Source: an uncultured Planctomycetota bacterium (GTDB taxonomy: Bacteria; Planctomycetota; Planctomycetia; Isosphaerales; Isosphaeraceae). Taken from it: a stretch of 64,000 nucleotides of DNA. The DNA is taken from the NCBI GenBank assembly GCA_963845755.1, contig CAWJTV010000029.1, positions 192,001 to 256,000 on the forward strand, in the 5' to 3' direction. The position numbers and the translations under genes were made by a program. The first letter of the stretch is position 1. Every line of letters starts with the position of its first letter. The notes beneath the pieces were generated by a model. The model did no database searches and had not been told where the DNA came from. It worked only from the letters and a program-made list of their open reading frames with translations. Positions 7,926-18,664 of the stretch are shown here, piece by piece.

Positions 7926-10900
7926 AACCGACAAGCCCCGTCTGATCGAAGTGGCCTTCCCGCTCAAGCAGGCGTCGCTGGACTCGGTCCATGAGAAGAA
8001 CGTCCGGCATGGGCACATCTCGACGCTGCACATCTGGCCCGCCCGGCGACCGCTGGCGGCGTGCCGGGCGGCGCTGATCGCCACGCTGCTGCCTGATCCG
8101 GGGACGCCGCAGGCGAGGAAGGAACTGCTGGAGAAGATCGGCGGGAAGGTGGTCACCGAGGTCCAGAAGAAGAAGGTCGGCGGCAAGACGGTCGAGGTTG
8201 TCAAGGAGCGGACCGAGGGGGGCGTCCTGCGTTGGGGTAACGAGAACAGCCCGGACATGGACTGGTTCCGCGAGGAGATCAAGAAAGCGTACGGCGGGCG
8301 TGCGCCGAGGGTGCTCGACCCGTTCGCGGGCGGCGGTGCGATTCCCCTGGAGGCCATGCGGCTGGGCTGTGAGGCAACGGCCATCGACATCAATCCGGTC
8401 GCCTGGTTCATCCTCAAGTGCACCCTGGAGTATCCCCAGAAACTCGCCGGTCAGGTCCGACCGCTACCGAAATTCGCGCTCGAGTCCGCCGAGTTCATGG
8501 AGGCGTTCCTCAAGGGCTCGGGGAAGCTGACCAAGGCCCAGGTCGCAAAGGAATTGCCGAAGTACCAGCGCGGGCTGTTCCCGCCGCCCGATGTGGACCT
8601 GTCCTGGCACGTCCGGGCCTGGGGCTGGTGGGTGCTCCAGCGGCGCGGAAAGACCTGGAGCGGTTCTACCCCACCATCGACGGCAAGCTCACGGTCGCCT
8701 ACCTCTGGGCGCGGACGGTGACGTGCAAGAACTGCCGGGCAACCATTCCCCTGCTCAAGACTCGCTGGCTGTGCAAGAAGGAGAACAAACGGGTCGTCCT
8801 GACGATGGAGCCGAACGCAGACAAGACCGGCGTGGTCTTCGGCGTTCAAGCCGACGTGCCGGTTGTGGGTGGCAACGGGGCGCAAGGGGGGAGTACGACA
8901 AGCAGGTTGGACAGGGCACGATGTCGCGGTCGGGCGCCACCTGTCCGAGTTGCGGCGTCCCGAGCATGACGATGGAGGACATCCGCCTACAAGGTCGAGC
9001 CGGTCGGCTTGGTAGCGTCATGACCGCCGTCGTTGTGGACGGGGCGAGTGGCAAGGATTATCGGCCGCCAGTCCAGGATGACAGCCGGGCGGTTGACCAG
9101 GCTCAACCCGAGCTGGATCGAGTGTATAGGGACATCCCTTTCGGCCTGCCGGATGAGCCGATTGCCGGGAAAGACGCTCTCGGCATCCGCGTGCCCCTGT
9201 ATGGTCTGGATCGTTGGCGAAAACTGTTTACTCCCCGCCAACTATTCTCCATGGGAACATTCGTAAAGCACACGCGAGCAGCAAGAGAGGTCATTGAAAC
9301 CCTGGGACATCCACCGGAGTGGACGGAGGCGATAATCGCCTACCTCGCGCTGGCCCTCGACAGGCTTGCGGATCGTTGCAGCTCACTCTGCCAACCCGAT
9401 CCCAGTCCGACCCAGAGCGGCGTGATGCACACTTTCTCGAAGTTCGCGTTCCCATGAACTGGGATTTTATCGAGGGTGTACCTATTTCGGGGGCGAGCGG
9501 AGGCTTTTCGGGAGCATTGGAGTGGGTAGCGAAAGTCATCGAACAGAACAGCTTATCTGTTGCATGTCCGGCACCTGATATCGAGCATTCCCATGCTACA
9601 AGAAGTCTGGACAAGGCTTTTGACCTTATCGCAACCGATCCGCCTTACTATGACGCTATACCATATTCTGATCTCATGGATTTCTTCTATATATGGCTCC
9701 GGCGGACCCTGAACGGCCTGAACCCGGAGATTGGCTCCGCCTTCAGCGAAGCCCTGTCCCCGAAATGGAATCATGATGCAAATAACGGTGAGTTGATTGA
9801 TGATCCAAGTCGTTTCGGAGGAGACGCAACGAGGTCCAAGAGAGCCTACGAAGAGGGGATGTGCCTGGTCTTCGAGAACTGCTCTCGCTCGCTCGAAGCC
9901 GGTGGTCGTCTCGTTATCGTCTTCGCCCACAAGCAGCCCGACGCCTGGGAGACGCTGGTCTCAGCGATCATCCGGGCCGGTTTCGTTGTCGATGGAAGCT
10001 GGCCGATCCAGACCGAAAGGTTCGCGCGCACGCGAGCCCTCTCCTCTGCCGCTCTCTCCTCATCCGTCTGGCTCGTCTGCAAGAAGCGCCCCGAAGCAGC
10101 CCGCCCCGGCTGGGACAATCGCGTCCTCGACGAGATGCGACAGAACATACACGCCCGTCTCCGCGACTATTGGGACGCGGGCATTCGGGGTCCCGACTTC
10201 GTGTGGGCGGCGACCGGTCCGGCGATGGAGGCGTACAGCAAGCACCCGGTCGTGAAGAAGGCCAACGAACCGGGCAAGCTCATGGAGGTCGCCGAGTTCC
10301 TCCCGCCGTCCGCCGCCTGGTGGTCGATTTCGTCGTCGGCCGGGTCTTGACCGGCGAGCAGGGTGACGAGTCGGATGCGAGCGGGCTCGACGACGTCACG
10401 ACCTACTACATCCTGCACCGCCACGACTTCGGTATGGAGGACGCACCGATCGGGGCCTGCATCCTCTACGCCGTCTCGTGCAACCTGTCGGACAACGACC
10501 TGGCCAGCCGCCACGAGATCCTCCTCCGCACTGGCGGGTTGTCCGCCCCCGAGGAAGATGGCGAGGACGTTGACGCCGAGGAGGGGGCCGAATCCGACAC
10601 CGACGAGGAGCCCGAGGAGGGGACCGGCAGCACGGTCAAGCTGCGGCCCTGGCACCAGCGGAAGCGGAAGACGATGGGCTATGATGCGGAGGGCCGGCCC
10701 GCGCCGTTGATCGACCAGGTCCATCGCCTGATGCAGCTCTGGAAGGCGGGCGACGTGGTCAAGGTGGACGACTACCTCGACGCCCGAGCGCTCCGCAAGA
10801 ACACCCTGTTCCTCCACCTGCTCCAGGCCCTGATCGAACTGGCCGGCGAAGGGACCGAGGAGCGGGTCATCCTGGAGAACATCAGCAACCACCTGGCGGC

Positions 10901-10970
10901 CCGGGGCGTGGCGCCGGTGCGCACGGTTGCCCTACCCGGTTTCGGCGATGGCGACGAGAATGATGGGTGA
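7918..10970 (+). CDS. DUF1156 domain N6-adenine DNA methyltransferase (about 4 apparent frameshifts near 8643, 8885, 9448, 10302)
   Basis: RLIEVAFPL, LHIWPARRPLAACRA, VLDPFAGGGAIP, CxxC motifs, TDPPYYDAIPYSDL; pieces in successive frames join into one protein. Confidence 0.88.
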
Positions 10971-11009
10971 GAATCCACGAGCCGTTGATATCTCGCCGGA
11001 GGCTGTCAC

Positions 11010-11060
11010 ATGACCGAATCCCTGCACCTCAAGCGATTCAAGAACTTCCAGGACGCGTAG
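11010..11060 (+). pseudogene. 16-codon stub resembling the N-terminus of an ABC/AAA (OLD/SMC-like) ATPase
   Basis: GGAGG RBS then MTESLHLKRFKNFQDA-stop; no Walker A follows. Confidence 0.4.
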
Positions 11061-11268
11061 TTTCTGCAAAGTTGGGGCTACTCCAACCAAGGCGCGTGTT
11101 GCTTGCGTTCCGTCATGGATGGACGATCCCGGAACAGGGGCAATGGCCGGAGAGCGGCCAGGGCTCAGGGTCGAAACGCCAAGGCGATGAAGTCGCGACA
11201 AGAGTGCGCGAAACAGATGATAAGCTTGAAGCATTCCCTCTGGTCACTGGCCGTCGGGCAACATCATC

Positions 11269-11898
11269 ATGGCTTTTCTCGACTACCATCGTACTGTGGT
11301 CGGCTACCATGGCACGTCATCGAAGATCGCCGATGCCCTGGTGGAAGGGACGCCGTTCAGGGAAAGCGCCGACGTCGATGAATGGTTGGGCACCGGCGTC
11401 TATTTTTGGGAATATGCGCCCAAGCAAGCATGGCGGTGGGCGAAGCGATTCAACCAGATCAGCGACCCAGCCGTGGTCGGCGCGATGATCCGGCTGGGCA
11501 ATTGCTTCGACCTGCTGGATTCGATAAATATCGAGGCGCTGCAAAAGGCCAAAGATGGTATGGTGAGGCTGATGAGGCGGGAAGGCGTGAAGGTTCCCGA
11601 GAACAAGCGCATATACAAAAATCTGGACTGCGCCGTCTTCAACTACTTCTATCAAACGGTAGAGGATGAGGGCGGGCCGAAAATCGACAGTGCGAGGGCG
11701 GCCTATGTCCCGACGGAAAGCAGAAAAAGAATCTGGCGTGCGAGCTGGATCTACAAAGACACCCACATCCAAGTCTGCGTCCGCAACCAAAGCAACATCC
11801 TCGCCGTCTGGCACGCGCACCCCGACGGGCGCTACGGCAAAGTCAAAGAGGCGTCCGAAAGCGGTGGCGGCGTCGGCGGCGCCGAAGGTGGGCAGTGA
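11269..11898 (+). CDS. Hypothetical protein with ADP-ribosyltransferase-like motifs
   Basis: VVGYHGT, WLGTGVYFWE, LDCAVF, HIQVCVRN; visibly lower GC than flanks. Confidence 0.7.
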   Translation: MAFLDYHRTVVGYHGTSSKIADALVEGTPFRESADVDEWLGTGVYFWEYAPKQAWRWAKRFNQISDPAVVGAMIRLGNCFDLLDSINIEALQKAKDGMVRLMRREGVKVPENKRIYKNLDCAVFNYFYQTVEDEGGPKIDSARAAYVPTESRKRIWRASWIYKDTHIQVCVRNQSNILAVWHAHPDGRYGKVKEASESGGGVGGAEGGQ

Positions 11899-11902
11899 TT
11901 AC

Positions 11903-12019
11903 ATGCGCATTGCCAAGAGGATCGGCAAGATGTCGGGACCGGCGTTTCTGTCGTCGCTTCGGCGGGCGGGGATCATCACGGCGGAAGGTGCCTTGCAGGC
12001 GAAATACAAGAAAAAGTAG
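11903..12019 (+). CDS. Small basic partner protein (start uncertain, may extend to about 11834)
   Basis: MRIAKRIGKMSGPAFLSSLRRAGIITAEGALQAKYKKK immediately after the ART-like gene. Confidence 0.45.
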   Translation: MRIAKRIGKMSGPAFLSSLRRAGIITAEGALQAKYKKK

Positions 12020-12056
12020 GAGACTCCTCGCTGATCGCCACCGCCCGACGCTCCCC

Positions 12057-12085
12057 CTCGTTCCCACGCGGGGCGTCGGAACGAG
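12057..12085. repeat. Collapsed/degenerate REP of the 6051 family
   Basis: CTCGTTCCCACGCGGGGCGTCGGAACGAG matches the outer ends of both REP arms. Confidence 0.75.
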
Positions 12086-12138
12086 CTTAAAGCCGTTATG
12101 CGGCGCCGGTCAGCCGCAGCACCGGTTCGCCGGCTACT

Positions 12139-12405
12139 TTGTTGCGACTGCAATCCCCGGCCGAAGGACGATGCTTGGTCACGCTCGATCTGGATTTCTC
12201 GAACCCGTTCATCTTCCCGCCGGACCAGTACGCCGGAATCGCTGTCCTGCGTCTGCCCCGCAGGGTCTCACCGAATGATCTGTATGCCACGGTGACGGCT
12301 TTGGTCGCCGCTCTGGCCCGCGATTCCATTTTGGGAAAACTCTGGATCGTCGAACGACATCGCATCCGCGTGTATTTGCCGGATGAGGGGACCCCCGGAC
12401 TTTGA
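12139..12405 (+). pseudogene. 5'-truncated DUF5615 (PIN-like/Mut7-C) gene
   Basis: EGRCLVTLDLDF..P....GIAVLR and G.LWIVE..RIR present; the N-terminal xxDEN motif is missing. Confidence 0.7.
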
Positions 12406-12484
12406 CGCCAAAGACGCTCCGCCGGGAAATCCTGGAGACCCACTGAGTCATCGAGTCCCGCCCCAGTTGGAAGAAAGCCCCACC

Positions 12485-15400
12485 ATGACCAAGCTCCCCT
12501 GGACGCCCTGGCATCAGGTGGTCGAGCTCCGCCCCGACGTCCGCTCGGGCGAGCTGTCGCTGTCGCAGTTCGCCGCCGATCTGTACGACGTGATGATGGA
12601 CAAGGGAACGCCGGTCTATCGCACCCCCGCCGAGTTCTTCGCGCTGACCTTCCCGACGTACAACCTCCGCGAACTGGCCAAGGACGTGGTCCACCGGCTC
12701 GCCGGGAAGAACGACAAGACCATCCGACAGCTCGAACTGACCTACGGCGGCGGCAAGACGCACACCCTGATCACGCTGCTGCACCTGGTCCGCGACCCCA
12801 GGGGGCTGCCCGACCTGCCTGCCGTCCACGAGTTCCTCCAGCACATCGGGATGACGCCCCCCGCGACCCGGGTCGCCGCCCTGGCGTTCGACAAGCTCGA
12901 CGCCGAGAAGGGGATGGAGGTCAAGGGGCCGGCCGGCGAGAAGCGGTGGTTGCGGAATCCCTGGAGCGTCCTAGCCTTCCAGATTGCCGGCGCCGACGGA
13001 CTGCGGCTGCTCCACGCGGACGGCGACGACGCCGAGCGGGAGAGCGCCCCGGCAGAGAACCTGCTGGTCGATCTGCTGGCGATCCCCGGCAACAATGATC
13101 TCGCGACGTTGATCCTGATCGACGAGGTCCTGATGTACGCCCGCGAGAAGGTCGGGCTCGACCCGGCCTGGCGCAGCCGCCTGGTGAACTTCTTCCAGTA
13201 TCTCACCCAGGCCGCCACGAAGATCAACCGTTGCGCCGTCGTGGCGTCCCTGCTCGCGAGCGAGCCCAGCAAGAGCGACACGCTGGGCAAGGAGATCGCT
13301 CTGGAACTGTTTACCATCTTCCGTCGCGAGCGGGAGGAGGGCATCCAGCCCGTCCTGAAGGACGACGTTGCGGAGGTCCTACGCCGCCGCTTCTTCCAGC
13401 CCGATTCGATCCGAGACCGCGAGTCGTTTCGCTCGCACGCCGTCGCCGCGCTCAAGGGGGTGACCGACCACGACGACGCGACCGCCAAGGACGGCAAGAC
13501 CGCCGAGGAGCGGTTCCTCAAGAGCTACCCGTTCCACCCCGATCTGACGGAGGTCCTCTACACCAAGTGGACCCAGCTCGAGGGGTTCCAGCGGACCCGG
13601 GGCATCCTGCGGACGTTCGCCCTCGCATTGCGGGATGCCGTCGGCTGGGACCAGTCCCCACTGATCGGGGCGAACGTGTTCCTGAACGAGCCGGGCAAGG
13701 TGGAAGTGTCGGCGGCGGCGCGGGAACTGGCGAACGTCGCCGGGAGCGAGGAGTACGAGGGCAAGAAGCAGGACTGGACCGGCATCCTGGAGGGCGAACT
13801 GAGCAAGGCCCGCGACATCCAGGGCGAGACCTCTGGTCTGAGCCACCGCGAGGTTGAACAGGCGGTCTTCGCCACGTTCCTGCACTCGCAGCCGGTCGGC
13901 CAGAAGGCGGCACTTCGCGAGCTGACGGTCCTCCTCGGCCCGACCCGGCCCGACAAGATCGGGCTCGTCAAGGCCCTGCTTCGTTGGGTGGACACGTCGT
14001 ACTTCCTGGACGACCAATTCACCAACGAAGCGGGGGTCCAGGCCGACGGCCGGCGGGACGTCCCGAAGTCGTGGCGGTTGGGGTCGAAGCCAAACCTGAT
14101 CCAGATGCACCAGGATGCCTGCACGCGGGTCTCCGGCGAACTGGTCGAGGCGAAGCTGATCAAGACCATCGAGACGCTCAAGTCGTTGACGGCAGGCACG
14201 GCGGGCGACGGTTATAAGGTGAAGGTCCACAACCTGCCCGAGAAGCCTAACGATGTCACCGACGACGGCGACTTCCACTACGCCGTGCTGGAGCCGAGGG
14301 CTGCGTCCACGTCCGGAAACCCCAGCGCCGAGTCACGGCGATATCTCGACGAGACGACCGGGCCGGACCGCCCCCGCGTCTATCGCAACGCGGTGGTCCT
14401 GGGCGTGCCGTCGCGGGACGGGCTGGAGGTCGCCCGCGGCCGCATCCGCGACTACCTGGGCTGGGAGGAGGTCCAGTCGCAGTTGAATGACCAGGAGGTG
14501 GACCTGATCCGCCGGGAAACACTCGCGGCGAACCTGGAAGCGGCGAAGAAGAAGGTCCCCGAGTCCGTCCAGCAGGCGTACAACATCGTGGTCACCGTGT
14601 CCGAGGGCAATGACGTCCAGGCGTTCAAGTTGACGCTGGACACGGCGCGCCCGCTGTTCGACCAGATCAAGTCTGACCCTCGCTCTCGAATTCAGGAGAC
14701 GGCGGTCAGCTACGAGGCGCTGCTCCCCGAGGGTCCCTACGACCTGTGGCGGTCAGGGGAGACGGCCCGCCGCGTCAAGGACCTGGTCGGGGCCTTCGCG
14801 CAGTTCCCGCACCTGCCGAAGATGCTCAACCGGCAGGCCATCCTCGACACGCTCGTCCAGGGCTGCGAGGAGGGCCAGTTCGTCTTACGCCTGACGCGCC
14901 CCGACCGCTCGACCCGGACGATCTGGCGGCAGCAGCCGGACGAGGCCGACCTGAAGAACACGTCGATGGAGGTCGTGCTCCCCGAGTCGGCCGAGTTATC
15001 CGAGATCGAGCCGGCGCTGCTGGCCCCCAACGTGCTGCCCGATCTCTGGAAGAGTTCAGACATCACTCTCGCCGACATTCGCGGCTACTTCTCGGGCGGC
15101 AAGGTGATCAAGATCGCCCGTCAGGGCTACGACGAGCCAGTCACGATCCCCAAGGCTCCGCGATCCATCGTGGATGAGACGATCACCAGGGCGGTGAAGG
15201 AGGGCAACCTCTGGCTCACGGACGGGCCGACGAGCCTATACGCCGAGGATGTCCCCGCAGGACTCCTATCCGACGAGGCGCGGTTGCAGGCACCGCCATC
15301 GCCGATCCCCGCGAAGGACGTGCTGCCCGAGAGCCTGCCGGATGCCTGGGCTGGCGACGTCGCTACGGCACATGCGATCTCCGAGGCGCTCTCCGCCAAG

Positions 15401-15814
15401 GCGGGCAGGGCGCTGCCGTGGGCGACGGTCCGCACCGCCATCGACGGGGCATTCCACGGCCGGCTCCTGGAGCGGACCGTGGACTCCGGATCCTGGCCAT
15501 GCGAATTCGACGGGACGCGCCAGGTGAAGGTGCGGGTCCCCGAGTTGAAGCCGATCATCGACATCAACAAGCCCAAGGACGAACAGCCGAAACCCCCTGC
15601 CGGTGTTCTGGTGGCCTCGGCGTACCTCAAGCCTGGGGAGGTCCAGGACCTCGCGGAAGTGATCGGCGACGTGGGCGCGGCGGCCGTGGGGTACGACCTG
15701 AAGATCATATTGAGGATTGAGGTGGGAGCGGTCGGGAAGCGACCCCCGGATGACATCATCGCCAAGATCGACTCCAAGCTTGGCGAGGTGTCGAAAGATT
15801 TCAAACTTACCTGA
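12485..15814 (+). CDS. DUF499 family AAA+ ATPase
   Basis: PWHQVV.LRPDV..G.....FAADL, Walker A TYGGGKTH, Walker B LILIDEV, SYPFHP, FQRTRGILR. Confidence 0.9.
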   Translation: MTKLPWTPWHQVVELRPDVRSGELSLSQFAADLYDVMMDKGTPVYRTPAEFFALTFPTYNLRELAKDVVHRLAGKNDKTIRQLELTYGGGKTHTLITLLHLVRDPRGLPDLPAVHEFLQHIGMTPPATRVAALAFDKLDAEKGMEVKGPAGEKRWLRNPWSVLAFQIAGADGLRLLHADGDDAERESAPAENLLVDLLAIPGNNDLATLILIDEVLMYAREKVGLDPAWRSRLVNFFQYLTQAATKINRCAVVASLLASEPSKSDTLGKEIALELFTIFRREREEGIQPVLKDDVAEVLRRRFFQPDSIRDRESFRSHAVAALKGVTDHDDATAKDGKTAEERFLKSYPFHPDLTEVLYTKWTQLEGFQRTRGILRTFALALRDAVGWDQSPLIGANVFLNEPGKVEVSAAARELANVAGSEEYEGKKQDWTGILEGELSKARDIQGETSGLSHREVEQAVFATFLHSQPVGQKAALRELTVLLGPTRPDKIGLVKALLRWVDTSYFLDDQFTNEAGVQADGRRDVPKSWRLGSKPNLIQMHQDACTRVSGELVEAKLIKTIETLKSLTAGTAGDGYKVKVHNLPEKPNDVTDDGDFHYAVLEPRAASTSGNPSAESRRYLDETTGPDRPRVYRNAVVLGVPSRDGLEVARGRIRDYLGWEEVQSQLNDQEVDLIRRETLAANLEAAKKKVPESVQQAYNIVVTVSEGNDVQAFKLTLDTARPLFDQIKSDPRSRIQETAVSYEALLPEGPYDLWRSGETARRVKDLVGAFAQFPHLPKMLNRQAILDTLVQGCEEGQFVLRLTRPDRSTRTIWRQQPDEADLKNTSMEVVLPESAELSEIEPALLAPNVLPDLWKSSDITLADIRGYFSGGKVIKIARQGYDEPVTIPKAPRSIVDETITRAVKEGNLWLTDGPTSLYAEDVPAGLLSDEARLQAPPSPIPAKDVLPESLPDAWAGDVATAHAISEALSAKAGRALPWATVRTAIDGAFHGRLLERTVDSGSWPCEFDGTRQVKVRVPELKPIIDINKPKDEQPKPPAGVLVASAYLKPGEVQDLAEVIGDVGAAAVGYDLKIILRIEVGAVGKRPPDDIIAKIDSKLGEVSKDFKLT

Positions 15815-15865
15815 GTATAGCAGGGGGCTCAAGGCTGATCACATGGGAGTGAAACGGAGACGCAT

Positions 15866-15883
15866 CTAGATTTGCAAATCTAG
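15866..15883. promoter_or_regulatory. Perfect 18-bp palindrome CTAGATTTGCAAATCTAG overlapping the hemL stop
   Basis: Self-complementary, between convergent genes; function unknown. Confidence 0.45.
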
Positions 15884-17205
15884 CTCCGGCTGGCCTGGAG
15901 CGCTCCGCGAGCGGCCTGGATGGTCAGATCGATATCGTCCTCGGTGTGCGCCGCGGAGACGAAGGCGGCTTCGAACTGGCTGCACGGCAGGTAGACGCCG
16001 CGGGCGAGCATCTCCCAGAAGAAGCGGGCGAAGAGCCGGGTGTCGCTCCGTCTCGCGTCGTCGTAGTTGCGCACGGGGCCGTCGTGGAAGAAGAGGGTCA
16101 GCATGCTGCCGACGCGCTGGACGACGTGGGGGATTCCGGCGTCGGAGGCGGCCCGGTCGAGCCCTTCAGCCAGCCGGGCCGAGAGGGCTTCGAGCCGATC
16201 GTAGGGGGGCTGGTCGCGAAGCGAGCGCAGCGTGGTCAGTCCGGCGGCCATCGCCAGGGGATTGCCCGAGAGCGTGCCGGCCTGGTAGATCGGCCCGACC
16301 GGTGAGACATGGTCCATGATCGCGGCCGAGGCGCCATAGGCCGCCGCGGGCAAGCCACCGCCGACCACCTTACCCAGGACCGACAGGTCGGGCGTGATCC
16401 CATACAGGCCCTGGGCGCCGCCATAAGCCACGCGGAAGCCGGTCATCACCTCGTCGAAGATGAGCAAGGCTCCGTGTTTCCGGGTCAAGTCTCGGATCGC
16501 AGCGAGATAACCCACTTCCGGCGGGACCAGCCCCATGTTGCCGGCGATCGGCTCGAGCAAGACCGCGGCGACCTGGCCGGGGAATCGCTCCAGGGCCTCA
16601 GCCACCGCAGCCGCGTCGTTGAAGGGGCAGAGGATCGTGTCCTGCGTGGTGCCCTCGGTCACCCCGGGACTGTTGGGTGTCCCGAGCGTCGTGGCGGCCG
16701 AGCCGGCCTGGACCAGCAAGGCGTCGATGTGGCCGTGGTAGTGTCCGCTCATCTTGATGATCTTCGATCGGCCCGTGACGCCCCGTGCCACCCGGACGGC
16801 GGACATCGCCGCCTCGGTCCCCGACGAGACAAAACGCACCTTCTCGATCGACGGGACGGCTTCGGCCACCATCTCCGCGATCTCGACTTCGCGCAGGGTC
16901 GGCGCGCCGAAACTCGACCCCAACTCCAGCGCCTCGGCCACGGCCGCGCGGACCTCGGGATGGACATGCCCCAGGATCATAGGGCCCCACGATCCGATAT
17001 AATCAATATATTTATGATCATCAATGTCGTAAAGGTAGGCCCCTTCGGCGCGCGCGATGAATGGCGGCTCGCCGCCGACGGCGCCGAACGCCCGAGCCGG
17101 GCTGTTCACGCCGCCGGGGATCACGCGATTGGCCCGCGCGAAGGCCACGCGGCTCTGGGTGAGGTGGAAATCGGGTCGGGAGAGCGCGGGCGTCTCGGGC
17201 ATCAT
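15880..17205 (-). CDS. hemL: Glutamate-1-semialdehyde 2,1-aminomutase
   Basis: IPGGVNSPARAF, SSGTEA, FDEVMTGFR, GKVVGGGLP, YQAGTLSGNP. Confidence 0.97.
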   Translation of the reverse strand: MMPETPALSRPDFHLTQSRVAFARANRVIPGGVNSPARAFGAVGGEPPFIARAEGAYLYDIDDHKYIDYIGSWGPMILGHVHPEVRAAVAEALELGSSFGAPTLREVEIAEMVAEAVPSIEKVRFVSSGTEAAMSAVRVARGVTGRSKIIKMSGHYHGHIDALLVQAGSAATTLGTPNSPGVTEGTTQDTILCPFNDAAAVAEALERFPGQVAAVLLEPIAGNMGLVPPEVGYLAAIRDLTRKHGALLIFDEVMTGFRVAYGGAQGLYGITPDLSVLGKVVGGGLPAAAYGASAAIMDHVSPVGPIYQAGTLSGNPLAMAAGLTTLRSLRDQPPYDRLEALSARLAEGLDRAASDAGIPHVVQRVGSMLTLFFHDGPVRNYDDARRSDTRLFARFFWEMLARGVYLPCSQFEAAFVSAAHTEDDIDLTIQAARGALQASRS

Positions 17206-17302
17206 TCCTCCACGTTTTCTCCGATGGGGGACGTAGTCCAGGCCGAGGCGGATGCGTCCAACGATCCTCTTTCGGGCGATCCGGAAGGGGAAAGGCTACC
17301 GC

Positions 17303-17383
17303 CGTAAGTCCTTGCCGGGAAAATGCATTGCGACGAATCAGCCAAAGAAATCGCCGTAAATCCTTCGGTCTCAACAAGTTCCG
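17303..17383. repeat. Two 29-30 bp imperfect palindromes CGTAA(G/A)TCCTT...TT(G/C)CG
   Basis: 17303-17332 and 17355-17383; related left arms at 31168 and 45171. Confidence 0.55.
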
Positions 17384-17468
17384 GCCAAAGGTATGGCTTC
17401 GCGGATCGCCTCTCACCTGTTCTTCCACCTGTTCTCAGGGAGTCGCGTGGAGCCTGCCGTCGTGTCCA

Positions 17469-18474
<1,006 letters not shown>

Positions 18475-18664
18475 CTCGATGGGTCCTTTGTCCCTGAGTT
18501 CTTGAGTCCTTGGTTACTCGGTACGATCGACCGCGCCCCACTGGAATGCCCGAGAACAATCACCAGGTTACCCGGCGAGTTGCAGAGGGTTGCAAGTCGA
18601 ACTCGTGGCCCTCGCGGAGGAAAACCCAGGACCCAAGGACTCAGGACTCAAGGACCGATCCGAA

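Larger units (their letters stand above)
2301..15890. mobile_element. Genomic (defence) island inserted at hemL, bounded by a 506-bp direct repeat; no integrase seen inside
   Basis: Direct repeat 1795-2300 / 15891-16396; cargo is helicase, methylase, ATPase, TA and RAYT genes, all on the strand opposite hemL. Confidence 0.8.

Noticed and set aside
7918..10970. Methylase as a pseudogene or programmed/phase-variable frameshift gene
   Set aside because: Similar single-base indels break housekeeping genes (hemB, rne, ptsH, hpf) across the window, so sequencing error is the simpler explanation; needs read-level confirmation.
12420..12447. Possible relic of the methylase 3' end (CGGGAAATCCTGGAGACC vs CGGGTCATCCTGGAGAAC near 10863)
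   Set aside because: 15/18 match only, with no extension; too weak to claim.
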